This document shows, piece after piece, positions 1 to 10,057 of a stretch of DNA of 35,529 bases (its first letter is position 1; every line of letters starts with the position of its first letter). A model generated the notes under the pieces. It did not search any database and was not told the DNA's origin. It saw only the letters and a program-made list of their open reading frames with translations. Both the position numbers and the translations under genes were made by a program. The stretch is taken from contig JAPHRB010000067.1 in the NCBI GenBank assembly GCA_026197015.1, positions 1 to 35,529 of the forward strand, read 5' to 3'. The stretch is from Gammaproteobacteria bacterium. Its GTDB lineage: Bacteria > Pseudomonadota > Gammaproteobacteria > SZUA-229.

Positions 1-2
1 AT

Positions 3-515
3 GTTGAATCTACAGATAAAGTTGCCTTTTTCCCGGGTTCTACAATAGGTAATTTCCTGCCTGAGCAGGCGGTGGCTGTATTAGAAGAAATAAAAAATAT
101 GGTCGGTGAGAATGGTGGTTTGTTAATTGGCGTAGACCTGCAGAAAAGTACTAAAATATTAAATGCAGCATATAATGACAAACAGGGTTATACAGCTCAG
201 TTTAATTTGAATTTACTGTCACGTATTAATCGAGAGTTAGGTGCGGATTTTAATCTAGATAAATTCAGGCATCATGCATTTTTCAATGAAGAAAGAAGTC
301 GAATTGAAATGCATTTACTCAGTTTACAGGACCAACAGGTAACAATAGATGGGCAGATCTTTAACTTTAAAAAAGATCAGTCAATACTGACAGAGTACTC
401 TCATAAATACACGATTGAACATTTTCAGAGTCTGGCTGAAAAAGCAGGTTTTTCGAGGGTCAAGACCTGGGTTGATAATGAAGGATTATTCAGCATGCAT
501 TATTTAACATGTTAA
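3..515 (+). CDS. EgtD-like SAM-dependent histidine N-alpha-methyltransferase (Methyltransf_33 family), C-terminal part; 5' end lies outside the window
   Basis: Frame 3 is open from nt 3 (VESTDKVAFFPGSTIGNF...) and runs into listed ORF 72-515. The FFPGSTIGNF and TEYSHKY motifs are typical of the EgtD family. Confidence 0.7.
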   Translation, partial: VESTDKVAFFPGSTIGNFLPEQAVAVLEEIKNMVGENGGLLIGVDLQKSTKILNAAYNDKQGYTAQFNLNLLSRINRELGADFNLDKFRHHAFFNEERSRIEMHLLSLQDQQVTIDGQIFNFKKDQSILTEYSHKYTIEHFQSLAEKAGFSRVKTWVDNEGLFSMHYLTC

Positions 516-650
516 AAATAAATATTGTGTTTTTAACATAAGTTATACGTTTAATTTGCAGGCCGGTGTTTTCGGGTGCGCTGTGCAATGATTGATACCC
601 GCTATAGATTTACAAAGTCGCTTTCTAACAAGCCCGCTTATTAGTAAAAA

Positions 651-1397
651 TTATATGTTTAAACTCCGTCCCCCATCTACCGGAATGACCTGCCCCGTTA
701 TATAAGGTGCATCCATTACTAAAAATTTCACTGTAATGGCTATGTCTTGCGGGCAACCCTGACGTTTTAAAGAAGTACGTTCAAGAATTGATGCCTGTAT
801 CTCCGGGTCTAATTCAGTGCTGGGCCACATAATGGCCCCTGGGGCCACACCGTTAACCCGTATATCGGGCCCAAGCTCTTTAGCTAGAGACTGGGTGATC
901 ATTGCAAGCCCTGCTTTTGCTGCGCAATATACCGGGTGTTCCTTCATGGGGCGAAAACCATGTATATCAACAATATTCACAATACAGCCCTGAGTTTGCC
1001 GTAAGTAAGGTGTGACTGCCTGAGATAAGAAGATCGGCGCCTTGAGATTGCTGCCCATTAAGTCATCCCAATGCTCCTCAGTGATTGAACCTACCGGGGT
1101 TGGGTAGAAGCTGGATGCATTATTAATGAGCACATCTATACCGCCCCATATTGAAGCGGCGTCCTCTATCAGGGTGTTGAGTGTTTGAGTAGCCAGTAAA
1201 TCAGCCTGAATGGTTTGAGCCGAGTCTTTTCTTATCTCATTTAGCGAATTAGACAAAATCTCTGCTTTGTTAGCAGAAGAGCGGTAATGAATAACGATAT
1301 TCATACCCTCAGCATGAAGCGTGCGTGCTATCTCAGCACCAATTCGAGCTGCCGCTCCAGTGATGAGTACGGTTTTAGGAACGGAATTATTTTGCAT
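651..1397 (-). CDS. Short-chain dehydrogenase/reductase, pteridine reductase (FolM/PTR1-like)
   Basis: Has the TVLITGAAARIGAEIA Rossmann motif, NNASSFYPTP, and a YCAAK catalytic Tyr-x3-Lys. I chose the start at MQNNSVPK (ATG at 1397). The longer listed ORF would overlap the divergent neighbour. Confidence 0.8.
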   Translation of the reverse strand: MQNNSVPKTVLITGAAARIGAEIARTLHAEGMNIVIHYRSSANKAEILSNSLNEIRKDSAQTIQADLLATQTLNTLIEDAASIWGGIDVLINNASSFYPTPVGSITEEHWDDLMGSNLKAPIFLSQAVTPYLRQTQGCIVNIVDIHGFRPMKEHPVYCAAKAGLAMITQSLAKELGPDIRVNGVAPGAIMWPSTELDPEIQASILERTSLKRQGCPQDIAITVKFLVMDAPYITGQVIPVDGGRSLNI

Positions 1398-1437
1398 GAT
1401 AGAATGCCATTTATTATTTTTAAATATTATAACATTA

Positions 1438-2607
1438 ATGCAGACACTGGAATTACCCGAACCCACGCCTGATGAGATACAACACAGTCAGAAACTGGTT
1501 GAAGTCATAAAACAGGATATTATAGAAGCTGGTGGCTGGATTGATTTCGAGCGTTACATGCAGCTTGCCTTGTACAGCCCTGGCCTGGGATATTATAGTG
1601 GTGGCGCTCAAAAATTTGGCGAGCAGGGTGATTTTATTACATCTCCGGAAGTAAGTTCTTTATTCGCACAAACCTTATCAAACCCGGTTTCTAAATTAAT
1701 TGAAAAAATACCCGACATTAATATCATAGAATTTGGGGCGGGCTCGGGAAAACTAGCGGCAGATTTATTGAGAGCATTGCAGAAGAAGGCGAATCTTCCA
1801 GCAAAATATTTCATAATCGAATTAAGTGCAGAGTTACAACAGAGGCAGAAAAACACTATTTGTCAGTTAGCACCTGACCTGCTAACTCATGTTCAGTGGT
1901 TAACGCAACTGCCAGAGTCACGAGTGAATGCGATTGTCATTGCAAATGAAGTAATGGATGCAATGCCCGTAAAGCGTTTTAGAGTTAATAACAAAAATAT
2001 AGAAAAACTGGGTGTAGAAATAAAAGGCCAGCGGCTTGGGCTGAGTTATCATAAAGCAGATGAAAATTTAACGAAAAAAATTGATATATTAGGTATAAAT
2101 AGAAACGAATATACCTATGTTAGTGAGTTAAACGAACATATAAAACCCTGGATAAAATCAATAACGCAATGCATTGAAAAAGGTGCGATTTATTTAATAG
2201 ATTATGGTTATCCGCGTAGTGAATATTATTCTGAAGAACGACACATGGGCACTTTTTTGGGTTATTATCGACATCGCTCAATAGATGCGCCATTGTGGTA
2301 TCCCGGGCTGCAGGATTTAACGGCATTTGTAGACTTTACCGAAGTTGCAGAAGCGGCGATTGACAATGGTCTTGATGTAGACGGATTTACCTCGCAGGGA
2401 AATTTTTTATTAAATTGCGGGTTGGCTGAGGTAGTTGAAAATACATCTACGAGTACAGAGATACAGCGATTACAATTAGTGCAGCAAATGAAAACATTGA
2501 GTTTACCCGGAGAGATGGGAGAGCGCTTTAAAGTGATTGGCTTGTCAAAAGGTTTAGACGAAAACGTGCCAGGTTTTGAGTTACGGGATTTTCGTTATAG
2601 ATTATAA
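1438..2607 (+). CDS. Class I SAM-dependent methyltransferase, DUF185 / MidA-NDUFAF7-like
   Basis: Has YMQLALYSPGLGYY, GDFITSPEVS and EFGAGSGKLA motifs plus ANEVMDAMPV. Start set at MQTLELPEP (ATG 1438). The listed 5' extension overlaps the divergent SDR gene. Confidence 0.8.
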   Translation: MQTLELPEPTPDEIQHSQKLVEVIKQDIIEAGGWIDFERYMQLALYSPGLGYYSGGAQKFGEQGDFITSPEVSSLFAQTLSNPVSKLIEKIPDINIIEFGAGSGKLAADLLRALQKKANLPAKYFIIELSAELQQRQKNTICQLAPDLLTHVQWLTQLPESRVNAIVIANEVMDAMPVKRFRVNNKNIEKLGVEIKGQRLGLSYHKADENLTKKIDILGINRNEYTYVSELNEHIKPWIKSITQCIEKGAIYLIDYGYPRSEYYSEERHMGTFLGYYRHRSIDAPLWYPGLQDLTAFVDFTEVAEAAIDNGLDVDGFTSQGNFLLNCGLAEVVENTSTSTEIQRLQLVQQMKTLSLPGEMGERFKVIGLSKGLDENVPGFELRDFRYRL

Positions 2608-2627
2608 AAATTAATTAAGAGTAAACA

Positions 2628-3431
2628 ATGGATTTTATACAAATACTGGTACTAGCATTAGTGCAGGGGTTAACAGAATTTTTGCCCGTTTCAAGTTCGG
2701 CGCACCTTATACTGGTGCCAATTTTAACCGGCTGGGAAGATCAGGGGTTAGCATTTGATGTGGCTGTTCATGTAGGAACATTAGCTGCGGTGGTGTTGTA
2801 TTTCCGAAAAGAAATTACCAAAATGACAGTTTCATGGAGCGTATCTGTTGTTGGTAAGGGCTTTGATCAGGATGCAAAACTGGCCTGGGCTGTATTGTTT
2901 GGAACTATCCCTGTCGGTCTGGCGGGTTTATTTTTTAAAGACTTTATTGAAATGCACTTACGTGCACCTGAAGTGTTAGCAACCGCAACATTGGTGTTTG
3001 CATTATTTTTATGGTGGGCAGATGTTAAAGGCCGCGAAGAGCGTGATGAATATTCTCTGCGATGGACAGATGTTTTATTCATTGGTCTGGCTCAGGCATT
3101 GGCTTTAATTCCCGGAACATCAAGATCTGGAGCGACTATGACGGCTGGTTTGTTTTTAGGTTTGAGTCGAAAGGCGGCAGCTCGATTTTCGTTTTTACTT
3201 TCTATACCTGTCATTATACTGGCGGGCGGTTTGAAAACGCTGGATTATTTAAAAGAGGCGACATTAGATGATATGCAGCCTTTAATGCTGGGTGCATTAT
3301 TATCGGGTGTTAGTGCTTATTTCTGTATTCATTATTTTTTAAAGTTGTTAGAAAAAATGGGCATGTTACCATTTGTGATTTACCGTATTATTCTGGCTTT
3401 ATTCTTATTTGTTATGTTTGCCGATGTCTGA
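2628..3431 (+). CDS. uppP: Undecaprenyl-diphosphate phosphatase
   Basis: Has LVQGLTEFLPVSSSAHL and PGTSRSGATM signature motifs, is polytopic, and is 267 aa long. Confidence 0.93.
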   Translation: MDFIQILVLALVQGLTEFLPVSSSAHLILVPILTGWEDQGLAFDVAVHVGTLAAVVLYFRKEITKMTVSWSVSVVGKGFDQDAKLAWAVLFGTIPVGLAGLFFKDFIEMHLRAPEVLATATLVFALFLWWADVKGREERDEYSLRWTDVLFIGLAQALALIPGTSRSGATMTAGLFLGLSRKAAARFSFLLSIPVIILAGGLKTLDYLKEATLDDMQPLMLGALLSGVSAYFCIHYFLKLLEKMGMLPFVIYRIILALFLFVMFADV

Positions 3432-3825
3432 AAAAAATTCTGATTTGAAGTACAGGCGGTTATGGTTGTTTGTGGGTTACGCTTTAGTGGCCTATGTTAT
3501 TTATAGTTCTCTAACACCCAGTCCAATACACGTTGACGTTAATTTTTTTGATAAATATGCCCATACCTTCGGTTATTTCGTGTTAATGGGCTGGTTTATG
3601 CAGCTCTACCATGATAGAAAAAACATATCACAGTGCGCTGTTTTACTCGTATTGATGGGAGTCTCTTTAGAATTTATACAGGACCTCACAGGATATAGAT
3701 TTTTTGATATCTATGACATGATGGCAAATACAACAGGTGTATTGCTAGCCTGGTCATTAATTAAAACACCTTTTCCCAAAGTGCTTTATTACTTTGAAAC
3801 AAAATTTTTGTCTTTTCAGAAATAA
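3424..3825 (+). CDS. VanZ-like family membrane protein
   Basis: Four hydrophobic segments and an FDKYAHTFGYFVLMGWF motif. The ATG at 3424 overlaps the uppP stop by 8 nt. Confidence 0.6.
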   Translation: MSEKNSDLKYRRLWLFVGYALVAYVIYSSLTPSPIHVDVNFFDKYAHTFGYFVLMGWFMQLYHDRKNISQCAVLLVLMGVSLEFIQDLTGYRFFDIYDMMANTTGVLLAWSLIKTPFPKVLYYFETKFLSFQK

Positions 3826-3906
3826 TGACACATCATATATAATATAGAGTTAAAAATAATTCAGACGTATAAGTCTGGTTTAATGATTTTTGTATATAAG
3901 TAATAC

Positions 3907-5142
3907 TTATATACGATTTTCAGGGGGTTTTAATGACTTGTTCAAAGCAGACAGCCGTGAAGTGTGAATGGCATTTGCCATTTCATTTCCCTGTAATCCC
4001 GCTGCTTTTAATGCTTGTATATCGACGGATTTGATTATTTTTAATGCCTCGCGATAATAATCTGCCTGTGGATACGGGTGATCTTCATAACCTGGGCGAC
4101 CTCGAATATCAGCCGTGCAGGCAATTAAAAATTGCTCATACCTTTCGGGCTTTCTCATGCCGTCCACTCTCTCTATGGTTTTTAATAAAGTTGATGTTTT
4201 AATTTCAAATGCACGGTGAACGAGTAAATGAAATTCGGCTGTGATGCAAGCCACTTCCTTAAAGTTATTTGGGATACGTAATCGGTTGCATAATTCCCTA
4301 ATGGGTTTAACGCCTAGTGCTTCATGTCCGTAATGACCTGGCCATTTCTCTTTAGGTGTTAATGCCTTTCCCAGATCGTGACATAAAGCGGCAAAGCGAG
4401 TTGCGGGCTCCTTGGTTAAGAGTGATGCCTGCTGAAGTACCAGCAAAGTATGAATGCCGGAATCGATTTCTGGATGATGTTCTATTGGTTGGGGTACGCC
4501 GAACAAGGCATCTATTTCTGGTAAAATTATTTTAAGGGCGTGACAGTCACGTAGAACCTGTATAAATACTTCAGGATTTTGTTCGCTTAACGCTTTATTG
4601 AATTCTTGCCAGACACGTTCAGCAACCAGTGCACCTGCTTCGCCGTTTTGTACCATTTGCTGCATAAGTTGCAGCGTTTCACTGGCTACTGTAAAACCTA
4701 AATGTGCATAACGTGCAGCAAAGCGAGCTACTCTTAATATGCGTACCGGGTCTTCGCTAAAGGCTGGTGAAACATGTCTCAGTAATTTTAATTTTAAATC
4801 ATTCTGACCATTGTAGGGGTCAACAATATTGCCATCTTCATCTTCGGCCATAGCATTAATTGTCAGGTCGCGGCGATTCAGGTCTTCTTCGAGGGTGACA
4901 TCAGGTGATGCGTGAACTTCAAAACCTCTATAACCAGGGGCGGTATTACGTTCTGTACGGGCTAAGGCGTGTTCATCTTTTGTCTCAGGGTGTAAAAAAA
5001 CAGGGAAGTCTTTGCCTACCTGCTGGTAACCAAGTTCTAACATTTCATCAACGGTTGCACCTACCACTACCCAGTCTTTTTCTTTCACGGGATAGTTTAT
5101 TAGCTGGTCGCGAACCGCACCACCTACGAGATAAATTTTCAT
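3907..5142 (-). CDS. cca: Multifunctional CCA-adding tRNA nucleotidyltransferase with HD phosphohydrolase domain
   Basis: Starts MKIYLVGGAVRD, has DLTINAMA, and carries an HD-domain motif CHDLGK. 411 aa. Confidence 0.92.
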   Translation of the reverse strand: MKIYLVGGAVRDQLINYPVKEKDWVVVGATVDEMLELGYQQVGKDFPVFLHPETKDEHALARTERNTAPGYRGFEVHASPDVTLEEDLNRRDLTINAMAEDEDGNIVDPYNGQNDLKLKLLRHVSPAFSEDPVRILRVARFAARYAHLGFTVASETLQLMQQMVQNGEAGALVAERVWQEFNKALSEQNPEVFIQVLRDCHALKIILPEIDALFGVPQPIEHHPEIDSGIHTLLVLQQASLLTKEPATRFAALCHDLGKALTPKEKWPGHYGHEALGVKPIRELCNRLRIPNNFKEVACITAEFHLLVHRAFEIKTSTLLKTIERVDGMRKPERYEQFLIACTADIRGRPGYEDHPYPQADYYREALKIIKSVDIQALKAAGLQGNEMANAIHTSRLSALNKSLKPPENRI

Positions 5143-5294
5143 AATTAAAGTATACCTTATAGTGACTAAGGTGTCTGTGCAGGGGAAAATTTAGATGTCG
5201 ATTTAATAAAAAGAACTGTAATAATAAGAGATGTTTTATAGATAAATATTGAAGATTTAGCGACTGAAAAGTTATGTTATTTAAGGTGTTAAAG

Positions 5295-5336
5295 TAACGC
5301 TAATACCTGCCTGAGAATAGACAGGTATTAGCGTTA
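5295..5336 (-). terminator. 15-bp perfect stem hairpin downstream of the aminotransferase gene
   Basis: TAACGCTAATACCTG (5295-5309) pairs with CAGGTATTAGCGTTA (5322-5336) around a 12-nt loop. The flanking U-run is weak. Confidence 0.5.
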
Positions 5337-5360
5337 ACTTAATACTTAATTATTAAGTGA

Positions 5361-6533
5361 TTACGATACGAGTACTTTTTGTGCGGCTGCAATAGCAACA
5401 CCTGGCTTAACAGCATCACCTAGAACAGCTTCTAATGCACTTAAACAAAGCATAATGTTCTCGGCGCGACAAGTGTGCCCCATTAATCCGATACGCCATA
5501 CTTTTCCCGCAAGAGCGCCTAAACCTGCACCAATTTCCAGATTGAATTCACTTAATAACTGACTACGAACAGCAGCGTCATCAACACCATCGGGAATCGT
5601 AACGGAGTTTAATTGTGGTAAACGGTCAGCTTCGTCAACAACAAAACCCAAACCCATTGCTTCAAGACCTGCGCGTAGTGCCAGGTGGTTTTTAGCATGA
5701 CGTTTCCATGCATTTTCCAGGCCTTCGTCCTGCAGCATAACCAGTGATTCATGAAAGGCATACAGGGCATTCACTGGTGCTGTATGGTGGTATGCGCGTT
5801 TAGTATTTGCACCCCAGTAACCCATAACAAGATTCATATCTAGAAACCAGCTTGTTACTCTGGTTTTACGAGAAGAAATCACGTCAGTTGCTTTTTTGCT
5901 GAAACTAACCGGTGATATACCGGGAGTACAGGAAAGGCATTTCTGTGTGCCAGAATAAATTGCATCAATACCCCAGTCATCAACGCGTAATTCTGTGCCG
6001 CCAAGTGAGGTTACTGCATCAACAATAGTCAGGCAGTCATGCTTCTGGGCAAGTTCACATAGTGTTTTAGCGTCTGACTGAGCACCAGTTGAAGTTTCAG
6101 CATGTACAAAAGCAAGAATTTTTGCATCCGGATTGGCTTTTAACGCTTCTTCAACTTTGTTGCAGTCAATGGCCTTGCCCCACTCGTCTTCTACCATAAC
6201 GGCAGTTGCACCGAGGCGCTCGACATTTTCTTTCATACGGCCACCGAATACACCATTTTGGCATACGATAACCTTGTCACCAGCTTCAACCAGGTTTACA
6301 AAACAGGCTTCCATACCGGCAGAGCCAGGAGCTGAAACAGGAATAGTTAGTTCATTTTTGGTTTGAAAAGCATATTGCAACATGCTTTTCACTTCATCCA
6401 TCATGGATACAAATAATGGATCAAGGTGACCGATAGTAGGGCGTGCCAAAGCGCTTAGTATACGAGGGTGTACATCTGAGGGGCCTGGGCCCATAAGAGT
6501 GCGTACAGGGGGTAAAAATGATGTAATGCTCAT
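5361..6533 (-). CDS. Class-V PLP aminotransferase, alanine/serine-glyoxylate aminotransferase family
   Basis: Has LMGPGPSDVHPRIL, DAVTSLGG and a SGTQKCL PLP-lysine motif. Start set at MSITSF (ATG 6533). Confidence 0.85.
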   Translation of the reverse strand: MSITSFLPPVRTLMGPGPSDVHPRILSALARPTIGHLDPLFVSMMDEVKSMLQYAFQTKNELTIPVSAPGSAGMEACFVNLVEAGDKVIVCQNGVFGGRMKENVERLGATAVMVEDEWGKAIDCNKVEEALKANPDAKILAFVHAETSTGAQSDAKTLCELAQKHDCLTIVDAVTSLGGTELRVDDWGIDAIYSGTQKCLSCTPGISPVSFSKKATDVISSRKTRVTSWFLDMNLVMGYWGANTKRAYHHTAPVNALYAFHESLVMLQDEGLENAWKRHAKNHLALRAGLEAMGLGFVVDEADRLPQLNSVTIPDGVDDAAVRSQLLSEFNLEIGAGLGALAGKVWRIGLMGHTCRAENIMLCLSALEAVLGDAVKPGVAIAAAQKVLVS

Positions 6534-6698
6534 AATAAGTTTGTCCTGGGTATTCGGGTAACAGATAATATTGTAGATTTTAACTATATGCGTGCAAGTA
6601 TAACCACAGGCATGTCCAGAGTGAATGATGCCATAAAACGTGTTTTGAAATATACTCATTTTTAAGGGGGCATTATTGTTAATCCTGCATATTAGGGC

Positions 6699-8708
6699 TT
6701 ATTTCTCACCTATTATGTGTTTTGAGAGCACACTTTTTAGTTGGGACTCATTTACGGGTTTGCTGAGAAAGTCATCCATACCTGCCTTTAAGCAAAGCTC
6801 ACGGTCTTCGGACGTCGCTTTTGCTGTTAATGCAATTATGGCTAAACGAGTATTTTGATCTTCCAGACGACGCCATTGTCGTGTTGCTTCAATACCGTTC
6901 ATATTGGGCATGCTGATATCCATTAATACTAAATGGTAGTGATGTTTATGCATGGCATAAAGTGCGGTTGTACCATCAGTTGCAATATCTACATTGTGAC
7001 CAAGATCCGTTAAATGGCTGTACACAACACTTGCATTAATTTCATTGTCTTCCGCAACCAGGATGTTAAGAGATATTTGTTTATCAGTAAGATTTTCAGA
7101 ATCAGTAGTATTCGAATTTAGTAATTCTAATAAAGTAGTTTTTAATATATCTAGCGAAACGGGTTTTATAACCGTAGCCTGAATACCTGCCAGGCTTTCA
7201 GCCTCAATTTGTTCGATGCTATGCATATAACTTGCATATAAAACAGGTATATTACATTTTGTTTCATTTCTAATTCGTGAAACAAGATCGTAACAGTTTT
7301 TATGTTTGCGATTCTCACCTAAAATAATAATATCAAAAGGCCGTTGTTTCTCCCTGCTCCAGATAATATGTGCTATCAGGTTATCGTCGCCAGAAGTAGA
7401 GTAAACTTCTATGCCAAGTTGTTGGCAATATTTTTCAAGCACATCTAAATTAAGTTTATCAGCATCATAAATTAGTGCGCGTTTATTTTCGGGGAAAGGG
7501 GTGTTGTCTTTTTTTGCGCTATTAAGTTTTTGCCAGTTGAAATGCAAATTAAAACAGATGTCGTTCTTTTCATTATATTGAATTTCAAAAATACCATTCA
7601 TGAGTCGTGTTAATTGATACCCAATACGCAAGGGTAATGCATCATTAGTTTCGGGTATGTGGTTTGAATGCAGGTGATCTAGATCTGTATTTTGTTGAAA
7701 CTTTATTTCTATATTGGCATTCAGATGTTCGGTTAGTGTGGGTTTTCCTGCATATGCATGGATATAAATGCCTTTGGATGTGCTGTGTTCAATAACGTAG
7801 CGAATCAGATTAGATAATAATTGCCTAAATCTTTGTGCGTCAATATACACTGCATCAGGAAATGACTGATCAATATAACAGGTCAATTCAAGTTCTCGTT
7901 CATGACCAAGTGCTGCAAGACTATGTACCAGGCTGTCAATTAATGTGCGCGGGTTTGAACTTGATCGAGTGATAGGTATACTGCCTTCTTCGATGCTCGA
8001 GAAATCAACAATGTCTTCTATAATATCCTGTAAGGAATGACTGGATTGACTTAATGATTGTAAGTATTGCTTTTGTTGAACATTAAGATTGGTTTTGTTG
8101 AGCAAGTCTATCATGCCAACAATGCCACCAATCGGTGTTCTAATTTGATGAGTCATGGTAGATAAAAATTCAGATTTAGCAATATTGTTTAAATCTGCTT
8201 TTTCGGCGATAGTCATTAGGCGTTTTTGCATAGAGTATAAATATGCCGGCAGTGCAATGATTAAAAGTAAAAAAGCAATGGCTTCTAGTGTTAATAAGTG
8301 CCATGCATCTTCAGTTAATAAAAGAATGTTGTAACCAATGAGGGTAAGTATGACGGCAATACTTAGAAACTTTAAACCATAGCGGGTGCCATAACCAATA
8401 TAAATCCACAAATATATGAGGACGTAAACGCTATTTATGCCACCGGTTAAATATGATGAAAAAGTCGTGCTGGCAATATCAAGAGTAAGTGCTATATAAC
8501 GGCGTGTAGTATTGGACGGAAGCCATAAAATACTTAAAGTATTAATAATGCTATAACAGAAAAAAATAGTAGTGAAATAATTAAGCGTTTGGTGAGTGGT
8601 TGCAAAATAGCCACTATCTATACCTGCTGAGATATATAAGTATGTCAGCAGACCGATACAGAGACGGATAATAGACTGGATTAATTCGGGATTTTTTATC
8701 TTTTCCAT
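6699..8708 (-). CDS. Hybrid sensor histidine kinase: multi-pass membrane N-terminus, HisKA, degenerate HATPase-like region, two receiver domains
   Basis: About six hydrophobic helices, then the H-box FLSTMTHQIRTPIGG. The C-terminal canonical receiver reads ILVAEDNEIN...LVLMDISMP...ALTA...SKP. An earlier receiver-like domain has FDIIILGE and VIKPV. Start at MEKIKN (ATG 8708). Confidence 0.85.
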   Translation of the reverse strand: MEKIKNPELIQSIIRLCIGLLTYLYISAGIDSGYFATTHQTLNYFTTIFFCYSIINTLSILWLPSNTTRRYIALTLDIASTTFSSYLTGGINSVYVLIYLWIYIGYGTRYGLKFLSIAVILTLIGYNILLLTEDAWHLLTLEAIAFLLLIIALPAYLYSMQKRLMTIAEKADLNNIAKSEFLSTMTHQIRTPIGGIVGMIDLLNKTNLNVQQKQYLQSLSQSSHSLQDIIEDIVDFSSIEEGSIPITRSSSNPRTLIDSLVHSLAALGHERELELTCYIDQSFPDAVYIDAQRFRQLLSNLIRYVIEHSTSKGIYIHAYAGKPTLTEHLNANIEIKFQQNTDLDHLHSNHIPETNDALPLRIGYQLTRLMNGIFEIQYNEKNDICFNLHFNWQKLNSAKKDNTPFPENKRALIYDADKLNLDVLEKYCQQLGIEVYSTSGDDNLIAHIIWSREKQRPFDIIILGENRKHKNCYDLVSRIRNETKCNIPVLYASYMHSIEQIEAESLAGIQATVIKPVSLDILKTTLLELLNSNTTDSENLTDKQISLNILVAEDNEINASVVYSHLTDLGHNVDIATDGTTALYAMHKHHYHLVLMDISMPNMNGIEATRQWRRLEDQNTRLAIIALTAKATSEDRELCLKAGMDDFLSKPVNESQLKSVLSKHIIGEK

Positions 8709-9046
8709 AGCTAAGGCCAGATATTTTATAAGCACACATAGTAACACCACTTATCCGAGGGGTAAAACACCTGAGTCAGAGTAAGCAGGATGTATATTGG
8801 CGTCAGTACTTTCGTCATTAGAGTGAGATCTATTTCAATGGTTATGATTATTCTTAGGGCTCTAAATTGTTTATTTAAATTCGCAACAAATAATGTCTTG
8901 ACAGAGCTGGAGAAATACAACAGTCTATAAGTATGTTTATAAATCAGCGAAAAATTAACTCAGTGACAAATCGCCTGCGTATTAAGTGGTGTGAATATTG
9001 TGTCTGTGTATTGAATTTATAATTTTAAAGAACTTTAGAAGAATAA

Positions 9047-9085
9047 TAAAAGCCACAGACGAAAAAAGTCTGTGGCTTTTTTCGT
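9047..9085. terminator. Bidirectional rho-independent terminator-like hairpin in a divergent intergenic region
   Basis: AAAAGCCACAGAC (9047-9060) and GTCTGTGGCTTTT (9068-9080) flank a 7-nt loop. There is an A-run before and a T-run after. Confidence 0.6.
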
Positions 9086-9124
9086 TTCAGGAGGGCTAGT
9101 TCAGAAACACAGGGAATATAATTA

Positions 9125-10057
9125 ATGAATAGCAATCAATCGAAATATCATCAGCTTATTATAGCGGCAGCATTTTTTGCAGTTATAGTTATATGGTCTA
9201 CAACACCCATCACAATTAAATGGAGTGGTGAAGGTGTAAGTTATATTTTTGGCATCGTAATGCGAATGAGCATAGGCGCCGTATTGGCAATTGTGCTGGT
9301 ATTGCTAAAATATAAAAAACTGCATATGAATAAACAGGCGCGTCAGGTGTATATTGCGTCTGCTTTAGCTATTTTTGGCGGTATGATGCCTGTTTATTGG
9401 GGAGCACAATATATTTCTTCTGGTCTGATATCGGTAATATTTGGCATATCACCAATAGTGACCGGTTACCTGGCATGGCGTTTTATACATGAAAATAGCT
9501 TTAACTTATTAAAAATAATTGGTTCAATGGCGGGGCTTGTAGGACTGCTTATAATATTTTATAAGGGGATTTCTACCGGTGAAGATTATATATATGGCGT
9601 TTTGTCTGTTCTCTGTGCTGTGATTTTTCATTCTGCAAGTGCAGTATGGATTAAAAGCCTTAAAACTGATATGCCACCATTATCTTTGGTAGCAGGTGGG
9701 TTATTGTTTTCTATACCATTGTTTTTTACCGTATATCTGATATTTGCCCCACCATTACCCGAAGAAATTCCGTTGAAGGCGATATGGTCTATTGTTTATT
9801 TAGGGGTAGTGGGTTCTGTACTTGGGTTTGTTAGTTATTATTACCTGTTAAAACACCTGCCAGCATCCAGTGTGGCTTTGATTACCCTGATTACACCCAT
9901 ATCTGCCTTATGGATAGGCCATGTGGTAAATGATGAAATCATTAGTGTCAGTATTTATGTTGGAACGGTATTTGTGCTGATGGGTTTAGCATTGCACCAG
10001 GGTGAAGATTTATTATATAAAAAGTTATGGAGAAAACGAAAACATTTTTATGGCTGA
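9125..10057 (+). CDS. EamA/DMT-family transporter
   Basis: About ten hydrophobic helices in two similar halves. 310 aa, with an AGGGA Shine-Dalgarno upstream. Confidence 0.8.
   Translation: MNSNQSKYHQLIIAAAFFAVIVIWSTTPITIKWSGEGVSYIFGIVMRMSIGAVLAIVLVLLKYKKLHMNKQARQVYIASALAIFGGMMPVYWGAQYISSGLISVIFGISPIVTGYLAWRFIHENSFNLLKIIGSMAGLVGLLIIFYKGISTGEDYIYGVLSVLCAVIFHSASAVWIKSLKTDMPPLSLVAGGLLFSIPLFFTVYLIFAPPLPEEIPLKAIWSIVYLGVVGSVLGFVSYYYLLKHLPASSVALITLITPISALWIGHVVNDEIISVSIYVGTVFVLMGLALHQGEDLLYKKLWRKRKHFYG

Noticed and set aside
1287-1472. Overlapping 5' extensions of the SDR ORF (to 1466) and the methyltransferase ORF (from 1321), plus a 61-aa ORF.
   Set aside because: The extensions are mutually antisense, lack family-like sequence, and have internal Met starts (1397 and 1438) that give the normal N-termini (MQNNSVPKTVLITG and MQTLELPEP).
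8726-8920. 64-aa minus-strand ORF upstream of the hybrid kinase, and a 68-aa ORF at 15581-15787.
   Set aside because: Both overlap the starts of real genes or their promoter regions, begin at doubtful start codons, and have no recognisable features.
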